A DNA stretch of 64,000 nt, taken from NCBI RefSeq assembly GCF_001194135.2, contig NC_068989.1:88446567-88510566 (forward strand), given 5' to 3'. The notes beneath the pieces are model-generated. The model was given only the letters and a program-made list of their open reading frames with translations, made no database searches and was not told where the DNA came from. This DNA is from Octopus bimaculoides (lineage: Eukaryota). The stretch's first letter is position 1, and each line of letters opens with the position of its first letter. This document shows positions 37,905 to 51,580 of this stretch, in pieces. The translations under genes were made by a program, and so were the position numbers.

Positions 37905-38955
37905 ACAAGGCCAGCAACTTCAGGGGAGTGGATAAGTCTATTACATCAATTCAGTATGCAACTGGTACTTAATTTATCGACCCCTAAAAGGAGGAAAGGC
38001 GAAGTCAACCTCGGCAGAATTTGAGCTCAGAATGTAAAGTCAGGATTCTGCCACCTTGCTGCTTTAAGCCAAAGGAAATATGAATTTCAGGTTTTGGTAT
38101 GAGTCCAGTTTCAGTGACCCCCAGTGCTTGACAGGTAACTATTTTATTGACTTGGAAGGGATGAAAGGCAAAGTTCACGTTGGCAGAATTTGAACTAAGG
38201 AAGGAAAGAAGGACAAAATGCTTAGTGGCATTTTGTCCACCATTTTGCTAGTTCACTACCTTAAGCCAAAAGAAATATTGCTTTCAAATTTTGGCTCGAG
38301 GCCATCGATTTTAGGGGAAGGGGGTAAGTCAATTGCAGCTACCCCAATGTTCAAACAGGTATTTATTTTATCGACCCTAGAAGGATGAAAGTCAAATCCA
38401 ACCTTGGCAGAATTTGAACTCAGAATGTAAAGACAGACGAAATAGTGCTAAGCATTTCGCCTCGCGTGGTAACATTTCTTATTTCTTTATTACCCACAAG
38501 GGGCTAAACATAGAGGAGACAAACAAGGACAAAGGGATTAAGTCGATTACATCGACCCCAGTGCATAACTGGTACTTAATTTATCAACCCCAAAAGGATG
38601 AAAGGCAAAGTCGACCTCAGCGGAATTTGAACTCAGAATGTAAAGACAGACGAAAAACCGCCAAGTATTTCGCCCGGTGTGTTAATATTTCTGCCAGCTC
38701 GCTGCCTTAAGCCAAAAGAAACATTCTTTTCTACTCTAGGCACAAGGTCCAAAATTCTTGGGGAGGGGGCCAGTCGATTAGATCGACTCCAGTAGGCAAC
38801 TGGTACTTAATTTATTGACCCCAAAAGGATGAAAGGCAAAGTCAACCTTGTTGGAATTTGAACTCAGAACTTAAAGACAGACAGAATGTTGCTACGCATT
38901 TCGCCCGGCGTGCTAACATTTCTGCCAGCTCACCACCTTAAACCAAAAGAAATAT
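37905..38955 (-). mobile_element. Head-to-tail stack of about five family A SINE copies with different tails
   Basis: Copies at about 37905-38063, 38082-38260, 38279-38478, 38479-38706 and 38725-38937, punctuated by TTAAGCCAAAAGAAATAT-like 18-mers. Confidence 0.9.
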
Positions 38956-39464
38956 TACAAAGCTTTTTTGCTCTCCACTCTAACAATTTTGCCAATTCAC
39001 AAACCTTACTAACTCAGACTAATAATAGTTTCCAAATTTGCTTAAGAAACTGTAAAAAAAGACTGATTTCAAGAAGACAATACATCTTAATTAGAAATGA
39101 AAGTTTATTCTCTCATTAAATATAAATACACTGTTATTTATTCTGTTATTGAAAATAAACTGTTATTAATGTGGGAATTACAACACAAGTGTTCTCGCCA
39201 TACTGCCTGTCTGAAATTTTTCTGTCAATCATGCTTACACTACTTCCATTGTTTAAACATTTCTTTTTAGTTTCTCAAACAACAACCATTTCAGGTTCCA
39301 AAACCTTTTGCTGTTCGTGTGATTCAGGTAAATAACAGCATTTCTGCTAATCTACAACTTTCATTCAATTGGTATTTTGTTACCAACCTCGAAAGAAGGA
39401 AAGACAAAGTTGATTTCAGCAATTACTGAAAGCAGAGTATTGGAAAGTGTGACTTGTTTATGTA

Positions 39465-39865
39465 TACTCTTTTACTCTTTTATTTGTTTCAGTCATTTGA
39501 CTGCGGCCATGCTGGAGCACCACCTTTAGTCGAGCAAATCGACCCCAGGACTTATTCTTTGTAAGCATAGTACTTATTCTCTTTTGCCGAACCGCTAAGT
39601 TACGGGGACGTAAACACACCAGCATCTATTGTCAAGCGATGTTGGGGGAACAAACACAGACACACAAACATATACACACACATACATACACATATACATA
39701 TACGACGGGCTTCTTTCAGTTTCCGTCTACCAAATCCACTCACAAGGCTTTGGTCAGCCCGTGGCTATAGTAGAAGACACTTGCCCAAGGTGCCATGCAG
39801 TGGGACTGAATCCAGAACCATGTAGTTGGTAAACAATCTACTTACCACACAGCCACTCCTACACC
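39465..39865 (-). mobile_element. tRNA-derived SINE, family B, full length
   Basis: Complete head-to-tail family B sequence. Confidence 0.9.
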
Positions 39866-39878
39866 TATAAGTGTGTGA

Positions 39879-39997
39879 TGCTTACAGCACCTTGGTTTCC
39901 CAAGCGGTCACCCATCTAAGTACTCACTAGGCTCAACGTTGCTTAACTTCGGTGATCGGACGAGAACTGGTGCTCTCAGCGTGATATGGCTGTATGT
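39879..39997 (-). pseudogene. 5S rRNA pseudogene, full length (119 nt)
   Basis: Minus strand ACATACAGCCATATCACGCTGAGAGCACCAGTTCTCGTCCGATCACCGAAGTTAAGCAACG...GATGGGTGACCGC...GGTGCTGTAAGC. Several CpG-type transitions and an altered C-box; no oligo-T terminator; solitary copy. Confidence 0.9.
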
Positions 39998-40014
39998 TAA
40001 AGTTGTTTAACTGT

Positions 40015-40215
40015 TGAGCATTTAAACTGGCCATATCCAGCTAGAATATTCTACTTGTTTTAAACTCAAACTGGCCACATCCAGCCTCTCACACCTACCT
40101 TGTAATGTTTTTCTAAAAATAAACAATCTCAAAGCTATGAGGTAATGCATGATTAATTCAAAACTATCACATGTGAATAAATAAGCGTTACGCTTGACTG
40201 AGTAATTTGAATGCC
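40015..40215. mobile_element. Partial TTAA-type MITE (CCCTTTAGCA family)
   Basis: Homologous to 49546-49774. Confidence 0.65.
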
Positions 40216-40778
40216 TAAGTGTCTATGTGTAACATTTGAATACTTTTCACTCAAAATTCTGACAATATTGCTTTAAAAACAAAGGACACATTCAATAATA
40301 TAGTCATAGATACATTATATTTGAGAAAAAAAAAGGTCACAGCTTGAACTCCTTTCATTCTCCATAGGGGGTCTGCTCAGTCAGGGTTGACCTGGATACA
40401 CACAAAAATTCATTGTTTGGTGACCTTAAATTTTGTAATTTTCTTAGTTGTTTTTTTCTTTGTTTTATTTCTTTTTTCTTTCTATTTTTCTTTCATGGTG
40501 TTTCTGTAGTTGATAAAAAAAATTTTTTTAAATAACTATTTGACATGATTACAACATTTTAGAAATGAGATGGGGAGAGAAGAAGTGGAGGCGAATTGGG
40601 AAGCGTGCCAAGAGAAATGTTTATGTCCGAACATTAGAATCTGGACGAAACTGAAACATAAATAGCAACATTGTTGCCAGCCATCGTTACCGTGGTTGTT
40701 ATGCTAATCATAATCGTCATCACCACCACCATCATCATCATCATCACCATCACCACCACCACCACCACCACCACCACC

Positions 40779-41654
40779 NNNNNNNNNNNNNNNNNNNNNN
40801 NNNNNNNNNNNNNNNNNNNNNNNNNNNNNNNNNNNNNNNNNNNNNNNNNNNNNNNNNNNNNNNNNNNNNNNNNNNNNNNNNNNNNNNNNNNNNNNNNNNN
40901 NNNNNNNNNNNNNNNNNNNNNNNNNNNNNNNNNNNNNNNNNNNNNNNNNNNNNNNNNNNNNNNNNNNNNNNNNNNNNNNNNNNNNNNNNNNNNNNNNNNN
41001 NNNNNNNNNNNNNNNNNNNNNNNNNNNNNNNNNNNNNNNNNNNNNNNNNNNNNNNNNNNNNNNNNNNNNNNNNNNNNNNNNNNNNNNNNNNNNNNNNNNN
41101 NNNNNNNNNNNNNNNNNNNNNNNNNNNNNNNNNNNNNNNNNNNNNNNNNNNNNNNNNNNNNNNNNNNNNNNNNNNNNNNNNNNNNNNNNNNNNNNNNNNN
41201 NNNNNNNNNNNNNNNNNNNNNNNNNNNNNNNNNNNNNNNNNNNNNNNNNNNNNNNNNNNNNNNNNNNNNNNNNNNNNNNNNNNNNNNNNNNNNNNNNNNN
41301 NNNNNNNNNNNNNNNNNNNNNNNNNNNNNNNNNNNNNNNNNNNNNNNNNNNNNNNNNNNNNNNNNNNNNNNNNNNNNNNNNNNNNNNNNNNNNNNNNNNN
41401 NNNNNNNNNNNNNNNNNNNNNNNNNNNNNNNNNNNNNNNNNNNNNNNNNNNNNNNNNNNNNNNNNNNNNNNNNNNNNNNNNNNNNNNNNNNNNNNNNNNN
41501 NNNNNNNNNNNNNNNNNNNNNNNNNNNNNNNNNNNNNNNNNNNNNNNNNNNNNNNNNNNNNNNNNNNNNNNNNNNNNNNNNNNNNNNNNNNNNNNNNNNN
41601 NNNNNNNNNNNNNNNNNNNNNNNNNNNNNNNNNNNNNNNNNNNNNNNNNNNNNN
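40779..41654. other. Largest assembly gap, flanked by (CAC)n/(GTC)n/(CAT)n repeats
   Basis: 876 N. The ORFs spanning it are artefacts. Confidence 1.
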
Positions 41655-42363
41655 CGTCGTTGTTGTCGTCGTCGTTGTTGTCGTCGTCGTTGTTGTCGTC
41701 GTCGTTGTCATCATCGTCATCACCACCACCACCATCACCGCCACCTCCGTCACCACCACCACCACCACTGCCACCATCACCATCATCACCATCATCGTCA
41801 TCGTCGTCGTCGTCGTCATCGTTGTTGTCGTCGTCATCATCATCGTCGTCATCACCACCATCACAATCACCATCATCATCTGTGTTGTTGTAATCCCTGT
41901 CAGTGTCATCACAAGGAGCAAAAGCAAACGGCCCCACAACCATCTTCGTCACGCAGCCAGCAACAGTGAACCTCTGTAGGATTTCCTGTCCCACTAGAAA
42001 TAGCAGCTAAACCTCCCACAACTTACATACTGTTGTCTTAAAAAGAAAGAAGTAACGACGGATTGAATAATGTAGTTTTGACAACATTATATTTGAATAA
42101 AAGAAGATGAAATGGTCATAGCTTGACTCACTCTGGTCATAAATCTGTACAACCAAAGCTGATCTGGTCAAGACAACAAAGATAAGTAGAAAAATATCAG
42201 CAGCAGCAGCAGCAGAGTCACCGTCATTATCGTCAGCATCACCACCACCACTGCCACTACACCACCACCACTGCCACTACACCACCACCACTGCCACTAC
42301 ACCACCACCACTGCCACCATCACCATCATCTCACCGTTGTCGTCCTTTTCATCATTATTGTAG

Positions 42364-42427
<64 letters not shown>

Positions 42428-42499
42428 CATCATCATTTCCTTATCTATTTTACCCTCCATACTAACCAGCAATAGCACAAGATTATCAATAATCTTTCC

Positions 42500-42720
42500 A
42501 TCAACAATTTTGGCCACTTTTTCTCAAATTCAATACCACCTGTAGACATGCTTATTATAAATTTTTTTTAAATACAGTTCAGCACCCATAACTTACAGAA
42601 ACATTTTGTCACACCCAGAATTGATGAAGCATAGAATAAACTACCAGCATCAGTTGTCAGCCATCCTTTAAAAGATCCATGCTTCCCGAAACTCGCCAGC
42701 ACAACTCCTGGCATACACAT
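42500..42720 (+). mobile_element. CR1 LINE 3' end fragment
   Basis: Homologous to the 3' end of the CR1 at about 30850-30970 (CATCAGTTGT..CATCCTT..ATGCTTCC..GCCA). Confidence 0.6.
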
Positions 42721-43044
42721 ACCTTCTCAAGTATATTCCCCTCTTGACTTGGTTTCCTCATAACTTTCAGAAAATTGGATAGTTTTTTTTAATTGGAGTT
42801 TTCAAATACCTTTCAGGTGAATTTTGTAAACGGAAACTGAAAGAAGCCCATCGTATATATNNNNNNNNNNNNNNNNNNNNNNNNNNNNNNNNNNNNNNNN
42901 NNNNNNNNNNNNNNNNNNNNNNNNNNNNNNNNNNNNNNNNNNNNNNNNNNNNNNNNNNNNNNNNNNNNNNNNNNNNNNNNNNNNNNNNNNNNNNNNNNNN
43001 NNNNNNNNNNNNNNNNNNNNNNNNNNNTATATATATATATCATC

Positions 43045-43080
<36 letters not shown>

Positions 43081-45524
43081 GTTTAATGTCTGCTTTCCAT
43101 GGTGGCATGGGTTGGACGGTTTGACTGGGGACTGGCGAAGCAGATGGCTGCACCAGGCGCCAGTCCTGGGGTCGATTGCTTTGACTAAAAAGCCTTTAAG
43201 ATTGTGCTCCAGCATGGCTGCAGTCAAAATGACTGAAACAAGTAAAAGAATAAAAGAATATATCTACAAGATGAAATTTGAAATTTTGAAAAAATTGTGT
43301 GATGTCAGTTTGTATGTGTGTGTACCCATGAACCTTTTTTTGATATCTTTATTCACATTATGGCGATGTACTTGCATAGCAAGTGACCTGATCTGAGATT
43401 GTGTGCTAGAACGAAAGCAATTGCAACGTGGAAGGTGTTTCACGGAATTTTTGTCAGTGAACAGGTCGCGGTCTCAAAGCGACGAAAATATTTTGGCAAA
43501 TTAAATTTAAATGTTGAAGTGAATCTAACGAATCTAATGGATCATAAACACCTTCCCCACTGCAATTGTTTTTTCACATTAATAATCCAATAAAATCGTA
43601 CTCTATCACCATTAGAAATGTATTTGTAGAAAACCTCATTAAAAAACACCCATTTTTGTGAAAGTTATGAGGAAACAAAGTCGTAGATGAGGGAGATTTG
43701 TGTAGATATATCCTTCTTGTATTTGGATCTTTTACTGTTCAGTTTTCCATTGATTTTCATATATTGTAGGCGCACATTTTATTCTGTGTATTATGCATGC
43801 AGTTTTGGCTATGACTGTCTTCATTTAATTGGCATTTTTTTACTGATGTCTGTCCCCTCTTTCACCTTTTCCTTACCAGTTGAAGAGCACCTCCCGAGCC
43901 CTGCATACAACCAGCTCGTTATTATTTACTTTAATGTAATGGTTCTCAACCACGGTCCATGTCACCCTCGGGTTTCTATATAAGATTTTGTTGTTAAGAT
44001 TTATCTGCAATAAATGGATTATACTTCTACAATACATAAAACGTTTTAACATTTTTTATGTACAGTTCCTAATGATATTTAATTATAAAACTTTAATAGG
44101 GTCTTTTTTTAAACATCGAATTGCTAGAAGGATCCCTCTGAGTAAAATAGGAATGAAAGGAGTCCAAGGCCAAAAAATGGTTGATAACCAATGCTTTTAG
44201 GTATCGCTTAAACAAGAAAAATTAGAGTTGTCTCCCTTACCCATATTTCTACTCAAAAATTTCATGGATCAACCTTCCTCATTCAACTGTTAAATAATAA
44301 TTTATGACCGTCAATCTTTATAGGTATTAGTTTCGCTTCATATCTCATATTTAACAATTGTTATTATTGTTTCTAGTCATGTGTATGCTCAAAAGTATTC
44401 CGGCCGTGACTCTCCTGTCTCTATTTTTTTTTCTTTGATGGGGGTAACTAACAAGAAGTATTGGGTTGTTCGTTTTCGTTTTCTTTTTTTTTTTTCTCTA
44501 CCTGTCTGAAAAGGTAACATTGACTCAGGTTTCAAAAACGATACACAAACGTTGTTAGAGGAAGATTAGAGATTTTAAAAAAATCATGAAACACTACAAT
44601 AAAAGTATTTTTTGTGTTTATTCAAATAAAATTGGAAAGGATTTAAAATAATGGGAGAAAGAAAAACGAACGAATTTCTCTAACCACCCAGTAATTCTCT
44701 AAAGCCCTTGTTCGTTGAAAAGGTGAGGTTCGGAAAGAGACTTGGCTGCTATTTTTAACAATCTGAGTGACAAAATAAAGGCTGCCTCGTTGACTGTAAG
44801 GCATAACAGATTTAAGCTTTAACAATAATACTAAGTTATTAAGTTTTTAGATTAAAATGTCCTCTCTCATAATCTGTTGTTGACGCTTAGCTATAGGTTG
44901 GTTGCGATCGAGTATACTCATGACAAAAAGAAGTTCCCTGACATGGTTGTATGGTGAGAAGTTTGCTTCCCAACCAAAACACATGGTTCCAAGTTCAATC
45001 CAACTGCGTAGCACCTCGGGCAAATGTCTTTTTTTATAGCCTCGGGCCAACCAAATTTTTGTGAGTAGATTCGATTGACAGAAACTGCAAGAAACCCGTC
45101 GTGTGTGTGTATGTTTCTGTGTTTGTCCCCCCCCCCCATCGCTTGACAAACGGGGTTAGTTTGTTTACATCCCTGTAACTTAGCGGTTTGGCAAAAGACA
45201 CCAATAGAATAAGCACCAGGCTTGGAAAAATGTACTGGCAAAAAAAAATGGTCTTTCTGTAGTTCTGCTTTATCATTTAGGTTCTTGACTGCCTGGGATA
45301 TTTATGTATCATCGGCAGAGTTGGTGAGAATGGCTGGTGGTATGACTAAGGACATGTCTGAGAAAATCATACACACATATCTGTGCGCGTGTGTGTGTGT
45401 GCGCATGCTAGCGTGCATGTGTGTCTATCTGTGTGTGTGCATGTACATCTGTGTGCATACATTCATAATGTGCATGCAGGTGTGCGTGCGTGTGTGTAAG
45501 CTCTATATACTTATTCTAATAACT

Positions 45525-45640
45525 TCTTTCTGCAAAACTGCTACTCTCTGGAACTCCCTTTCACCATCTTGCTTTCCTCTCATCTATAATATCCAATCCT
45601 TTAAGCTTTCTCTCAATCAACATATCTTTAAATTTGTAGA
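45525..45640 (+). mobile_element. CR1/Jockey-type LINE C-terminal fragment
   Basis: SFCKTATLWNSLSPSCFPLIYNIQSFKLSLNQHI, the SFFxRTxxLWNSLPxxxFPxxYNLQxFK motif. Confidence 0.7.
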
Positions 45641-46175
45641 CCACTTCTTTTCCTTCTTCACAGTTCTTTACGTTACAATGGCCTCAAGCTTCGGAACAAA
45701 ATTATTTAATAACAATTTATCAAATATAAATTTAATTCATATATTTTTTATTTATTATCAATCATCCGTAGATGAATCTATAACATCTGCATATCACAAT
45801 TTTTGTTGCACAAAATAGTACCAGCTGGATACAAGTCCTCACTGAATGGTTTTTATTTCAGAGATTTCCTTCTCTTAGATGGATTGTCTTTGCTATGACT
45901 GGTGAGCCACCATTTACCCTTGGCTACATTGGATGACTGTTGACTCCCATGAGTTCCTCCACCCTAACCCTGCAGGGTGTCCAAAAATCCCCTTCCTCAG
46001 CAATCTCTCCTTGGTGGGATTACCAGTTGTACTGGGTTATATCTTATCAGTAGTTTAAGGTGCAAGTGTACCCAGACATTGAGTACATTAAGTGCATTAA
46101 GTTGGCATTCTGCAGAAGCTGGTTCAAACTCAAGAATTCTGCAGTGACTTAGATAGCAATATAAGTGCCGGCAAA

Positions 46176-46355
46176 GGCAGTGAACTGGCAGAACCATTAG
46201 CACACCGAGCAAAATGCTGAGCAGTATTTCATCCATCTTCAGGTTCTGAGTTCAAATTCCGCTGAAGAACACTTTGCCTTTCATCCTTTTGGGGTTGATA
46301 AATTAAGTACCAGTTGAGTACTGGGGATGCTGCAATCGACTCCCCACCACCAGAA
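46176..46355 (+). mobile_element. tRNA-derived SINE, family A
   Basis: Family A head and body. Confidence 0.85.
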
Positions 46356-46369
46356 TAATTGCGCAAGTG

Positions 46370-46836
46370 TAATTTCAATAAAGAACAAAATAAGAATTTT
46401 TAACACTAACGTAAAAGCGGTGTTATTGTATGGGGCTGAGACATGGCAAACAACAGTTAAATCAAATAAGCAAATACAATCATTCATCAACAGATGCTTG
46501 CATAATATACTTAAAATTAGATGGCCCGAACACATAAGCAATATGGAGCTATGGCAAAGAATGAATCAAGTTCCTATTAGGGAGCAAATATTTAAGAAAA
46601 AGTGGAAGTGGATTGGTAGCACAATTAGAAAGGACACACCAAATGTAGCAAAAAGTGCTTTACAGTGGAATCCGGACGGATATAGAAAGAAAAGTAGGCC
46701 TAAGAACTCGTGGTGTAGATCAACACAAAAGGAACTAGAGAAAGGGGGACATTCATGGCAGAGTATAAGTACAGAAGCGAAAAATTATGCGACATGGAAT
46801 TCAATAAGTGGCCTATACTCTGCGTTGGAGGGTTAA
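46370..46836 (+). mobile_element. RTE LINE ORF C-terminal fragment (second RTE family), frame still open
   Basis: KIRIFNTNVKAVLLYGAETW..INRCLHNILKIRWP..WKWIG..ALQWNPDGYRKKSRPKNSW, a typical RTE C-terminus. Confidence 0.9.
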
Positions 46837-47299
46837 AGGCAAAAAAAAAAGAGTGCAGGCAAAGATGTGTCGTCTGGAATCATACGTTCGATCCTGCTGC
46901 ATAATACAATTAAACTTTACAGAGTCTTCTTCCGCAATCTTAAGTCAAACCAAGAACAATAATAACAATGTACAAACACTTGTGACATATTATGTCATAT
47001 CAGTAAATTATAAAATGACATTCAGTGACAGAAAATGGGATAATAACTTACAGCTGTTTCAGTTTAGTGTGACATGCCTCATTCTATCTTTATCACTCCA
47101 ATAGATTGAAGTAATTAATAGATGGAATAGATGAAATAGAGGTACATGGATGATTCTCTAGGCCTCTTCAGAGATAATCTGGACTGAAACAGCTGTAAGA
47201 TATTATTCCATTTTCTGTCACTATATGTCATTTTATAATTTACTGATATGACATAATAGGTCTCATGTGTGACCTATTATGTCACATGTGTCCTCATTC

Positions 47300-47620
47300 A
47301 TACGTGGTAGTGGTGGTGGTGGTGGCGGCTGCGGCGGCAGCAGTGGTGGTGGTGGTGGAAGAGAAGGTGATGGAAGAGGAGGTGGAGGAAGGTGATGGAA
47401 GAGGAGGTGGAGGAAGAAGAAAGAGAAGATTGGGAGGAGAAGGAGGAGGAGGAGAAGGAGCAAGAGGAGGGGGAGCAGAAGGAGAAGGAGTAGGAAGAGG
47501 AAGGAGAAGAAAATGAGGAGGAGGGGGGAGGGGAGGCAGAAGAAGAAAATGAGGAGGAGGAGGAGGGGAAGGAGAAGAAGAAGAAGAAGAAGATGTTGAT
47601 GATGCAGTAGTAGCAGCAGC
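47300..47620. repeat. Polypurine (GGA/GAA)n and (GGT)n low-complexity tract
   Basis: Direct reading. Confidence 0.9.
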
Positions 47621-49222
47621 ATAACCTGTCCTGCTATGCTAAGTATCTGACAGATTATCTGGAAGAGATATAAATAGAAAAGTCAAAAATATTTAAAATA
47701 AAACACATTAATAAAATAAAATAACAGCAAATAATAAACAAAAACAAAAAAGAAAAAAAGAAAATGAAGTACTTTATTTTGTGATGGAGGGATTTGTAAG
47801 TTTTGCTGTTGGTGTAATCAGCAACACATCTGTTTGTGTGCCTAATCGTAGACGGTTGTGTGTTTGGATCATGTCGATAGATCTGGTTTCCCTTTTTAGC
47901 TTTGAACTGGTCCTTATCTAAGTTTGCATCACTAAAATAACACTGTGCATGCATCCGTGTATGCATGTGTGTGTGTGTGAGAGAGAGAGAGACAGACAGA
48001 GAGACACAGAGAGAAATAGAGAGACAGAGAGAGAGAGAGACAGACAGACAAAGATTCTGGCCTTGACCATCAAAAATAATTTTATCTGCAGGTTATCACT
48101 TATACTTTTCTCAATAGACGCTGTGTGTGTGTGTGTTGGATGAGTCGATAGAGCATCAGAGTCAAACGTTGTGGTNNNNNNNNNNNNNNNNNNNNNNNNN
48201 NNNNNNNNNNNNNNNNNNNNNNNNNNNNNNNNNNNNNNNNNNNNNNNNNNNNNNNNNNNNNNNNNNNNNNNNNNNNNNNNNNNNNNNNNNNNNNNNNNNN
48301 NNNNNNNNNNNNNNNNNNNNNNNNNNNNNNNNNNNNNNNNNNNNNNNNNNNNNNNNNNNNNNNNNNNNNNNNNNNNNNNNNNNNNNNNNNNNNNNNNNNN
48401 NNNNNNNNNNNNNNNNNNNNNNNNNNNNNNNNNNNNNNNNNNNNNNNNNNNNNNNNNNNNNNNNNNNNNNNNNNNNNNNNNNNNNNNNNNNNNNNNNGTG
48501 CGTGCGTGCGTGCGTGCGTGCGTGTGTGTGTATCTCTGTGTGTGTGTGTTTGTGTTTGTGTGTGTGTGTGTATGTGTGCATATGTGAGTTTGAGTGTGTG
48601 TTGGGGGCTCTGTGTGTGTGTGTATTTGTGTGTCAGTGTGTTTGTGTGTGCACGTGTGAGTGCGTGTGTGTATGTGTGTGTGCTTCTGTGTATGTGTTTG
48701 TCGTTATGCATGTGTGTGTGTGTGTATGTGCCTGTTGTAGGTGATGGGTGTGATAGTTAGACATCAAATTATATTTTCATACTAAAAGACAAAAATATTG
48801 TCAAGCTGTTTCTTTTTTCCGCTATACAATATGGAGAAAGACGTTTTTTTAATGGAGATATTATGATATCACCATCAACATTAGGGTGGCTACCAAGCCT
48901 GGTTGAGAAAGGAAGAGGGTGGAAGGCAGAGCATCAGTAGCCCTGCACAATCGTATTTCCTCATTGCTACTGAATAACCAATAAGAGAACAAATGAAACG
49001 GATCCTGGTAAGGGGAGGTAAGTCCTCAGAGACTGCATATGAAGCAATGTATTGAAAGCTAGAAATAAACCTTGATGTGGAATTCCTTCCCCTCACCAAG
49101 GAAAACATGGCACTCCAAAACCATCACGGAGAAAGACCACAGAAACTGAAGTGCTGGCAAGCGGCTAAACCTGCCACATCAAAGATTGAGACAGATGGAT
49201 ATCTCTTGCTAGTGCTCTAGAT

Positions 49223-49526
49223 CAGTGGTTCCCAAACTTTTTCGGGTTGCCACCCCCTTGATACCCAGGTCACATTCCTAGCGCCCCCACCCCAACTAAC
49301 CGTCATAAACATGGACTCTTTTCTAAAGTAAATTCAAAGCAACTGTATTTGGCAAATAAAACTTAACCTAACGAACCCATTATTTTGTTATTATATATCG
49401 CTACCCCATTATTGCCCTACTTTTTACATGAATCGCTACCCCATTATCACTCCACTTTTCTTCAACGCCCCTTTGGAACTTTCCAGTACCCCCAGGGGGC
49501 AATACTGCCCACTTTGGGAACCACTG
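49223..49526. mobile_element. hAT (Charlie-like) MITE
   Basis: TIRs CAGTGGTTCCCAAA / TTTGGGAACCACTG; TSD CTCTAGAT / TTCTAGAT (NTCTAGAN target). Confidence 0.88.
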
Positions 49527-49545
49527 TTCTAGATTACACATGGAC

Positions 49546-49774
49546 TTAACCGCTTAACATTTAAACCAGATATATCCGGCCCAAATATTCTATTTGTTTC
49601 ATGTTTGAACAAGCCAGTTCTGACCTCTCACACCTACCCTACAATGTCATTCTAAAAATACACAATCACATCATTGAAATTTCAAAGCTGCAAGATGATA
49701 CAGGATTAATCTGAAACAATGTGAATAAATGAGTTTTACATTTGAACGAATAATCTGAATACTAAAGGGCTTAA
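49546..49774. mobile_element. TTAA-type MITE (CCCTTTAGCA family), near complete
   Basis: TTAA|CCGCTTAACATTT ... AATACTAAAGGGC|TTAA. Confidence 0.7.
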
Positions 49775-49789
49775 ATGAATTAAAACACC

Positions 49790-50110
49790 AATGTCAGTGG
49801 CACATAAAAAGCACCATTCAAGAGTGGTCGATACCAGTGCCACCTGACTGGCTCTCCTGCCAGTGGCATGTAAAAAGCACCATTCGAACGTGATCGATGC
49901 CAGTACCGCCTGACTGGCCCTCGTGCTGATGGCATGTAAAAAACACCCTCTACACTCTCGGAGTGGTTGGCGTTAGGAAGGTCATCCAGTTGTAGAAAAC
50001 TTGCCAGATCAGATCGAAGCCTGCAGCCTTCTGGCTTGCCAGCCCTCAGTCGAACCATCCAACCCATGCCAGCATGGAAAGCGGACGCTAAATGATGATG
50101 ATGATGATGA
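49790..50110 (+). mobile_element. RTE-derived 3' end retrocopy with tandem 3' UTR modules
   Basis: Repeated AAAAAGCACC modules, GGAAGGTCATCCAG motif, (ATG)n tail. Confidence 0.85.
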
Positions 50111-51580
50111 TTATATGTAAGAGGTAAAAATGGACAACAGAAGCAACCTAGTAGCTGAATAAAAACTAATACAAGGTAGAAGGGCCCGTCAAGTACCAGT
50201 GGCACAATAAAATGCATCTCGTTCATACTGTAAAGTGATAAGTGCTCTCTGATTAGGCATAAATGTAGTCTGAGCTTCTAATATCATGTTTTTTCTTCTT
50301 TTAGTGAGCATTTTCAATTAACAAAGTCCTCGTTTGTTAATAGTGGTTCATAACAATGCTATACTGTATTACAAAATATATCTATTTTTAGATATATTTT
50401 AACTATTTTAGCTAACATGTTATTCACTGGTTTTAAATTTTGGCACAAGGCTAGCAATTTCAGCAGAGAGGGTAAGTCGATTACATCAACCCCAGTGCTC
50501 AACTGGTACTTATTTTATTGGCCCCAAAAGGATGAAAGGCAAAGCTGACCTTGGCAGAATTTGAACTCTGAATGTAAAGACAGACAAAATTCTGCCAAGC
50601 ATTTTGACTGGCATGCTGGCAATTCTACCAGCTTGCTACCTTGGACACATTATTGTCATTATTTACCTTTTCATTATTTACAAAATATAAAGGGATGAGT
50701 TGACATAATTGTTAGGGAACTGGGCAAAATGCTTAGTGGCATTTCTTCCGGAATCCTCCTCATTTCTAGAGCCAAAACTGTAACCTTTATATATATCATG
50801 GAGTCCATTTCAATGCTGCCCAACATGTCGGTTGAGATCACCAGCCACACCAGGAAAATCACTGCCATTCTTCAGCAAGATGGTCTGCAAAAGGACCCTG
50901 TTAACTCGGTCCTTCTGATTTATCTAAAACTAGTCTCAGTTTAACTATTCCATCACACACTCTAAATACCACAATTACTTTATCTATCTCATTTTTCTGC
51001 CAAACGTATGACTACACAACCCACCCCAATGCTGTTGCATATCCAAAAGAACTTCCAACTATTTTCTTTGTCCATAAGGAATCTAACTGAGGCTCCTATC
51101 CATCTTAGCTATTGCATGCAGCACATGCCCACATATCTCCATTCTGCATTCCCGTCCTTTTCCTTCTGCCAAAATTGAATGTGGTGGCCTTAAAGCTGTG
51201 GGCTTGGAAGCATGGGCGGGAAGACTGTTGGGGTACTATTGTCAGTGCTTGAAAAGAAATATATCTATTGAAATTCATTTATTTATATTGCCAGTACCGC
51301 CAGACTGGCCCTCATGCCGGTGGAACGTAAAAAGCACCCACTACACTCTCGGAGTGGTTGGCATTAGGAAGGGCATCCAGCTGTAGAAACTCTGCCAGGT
51401 CATATTGGAGCCTGATGCAGCCATCTGGTTCGCCAGTCCTCAGTCAAATTGTCCAACCCATTCTAACATGGAAAGCGGACGTTAAATGATGATGATGATG
51501 ATAATGAAGATTAAAGATGTTTTTAGGTGCTTTTTTCTTACATACACACATAACACGGCCTCGCTTGGTTAGGACTATAT

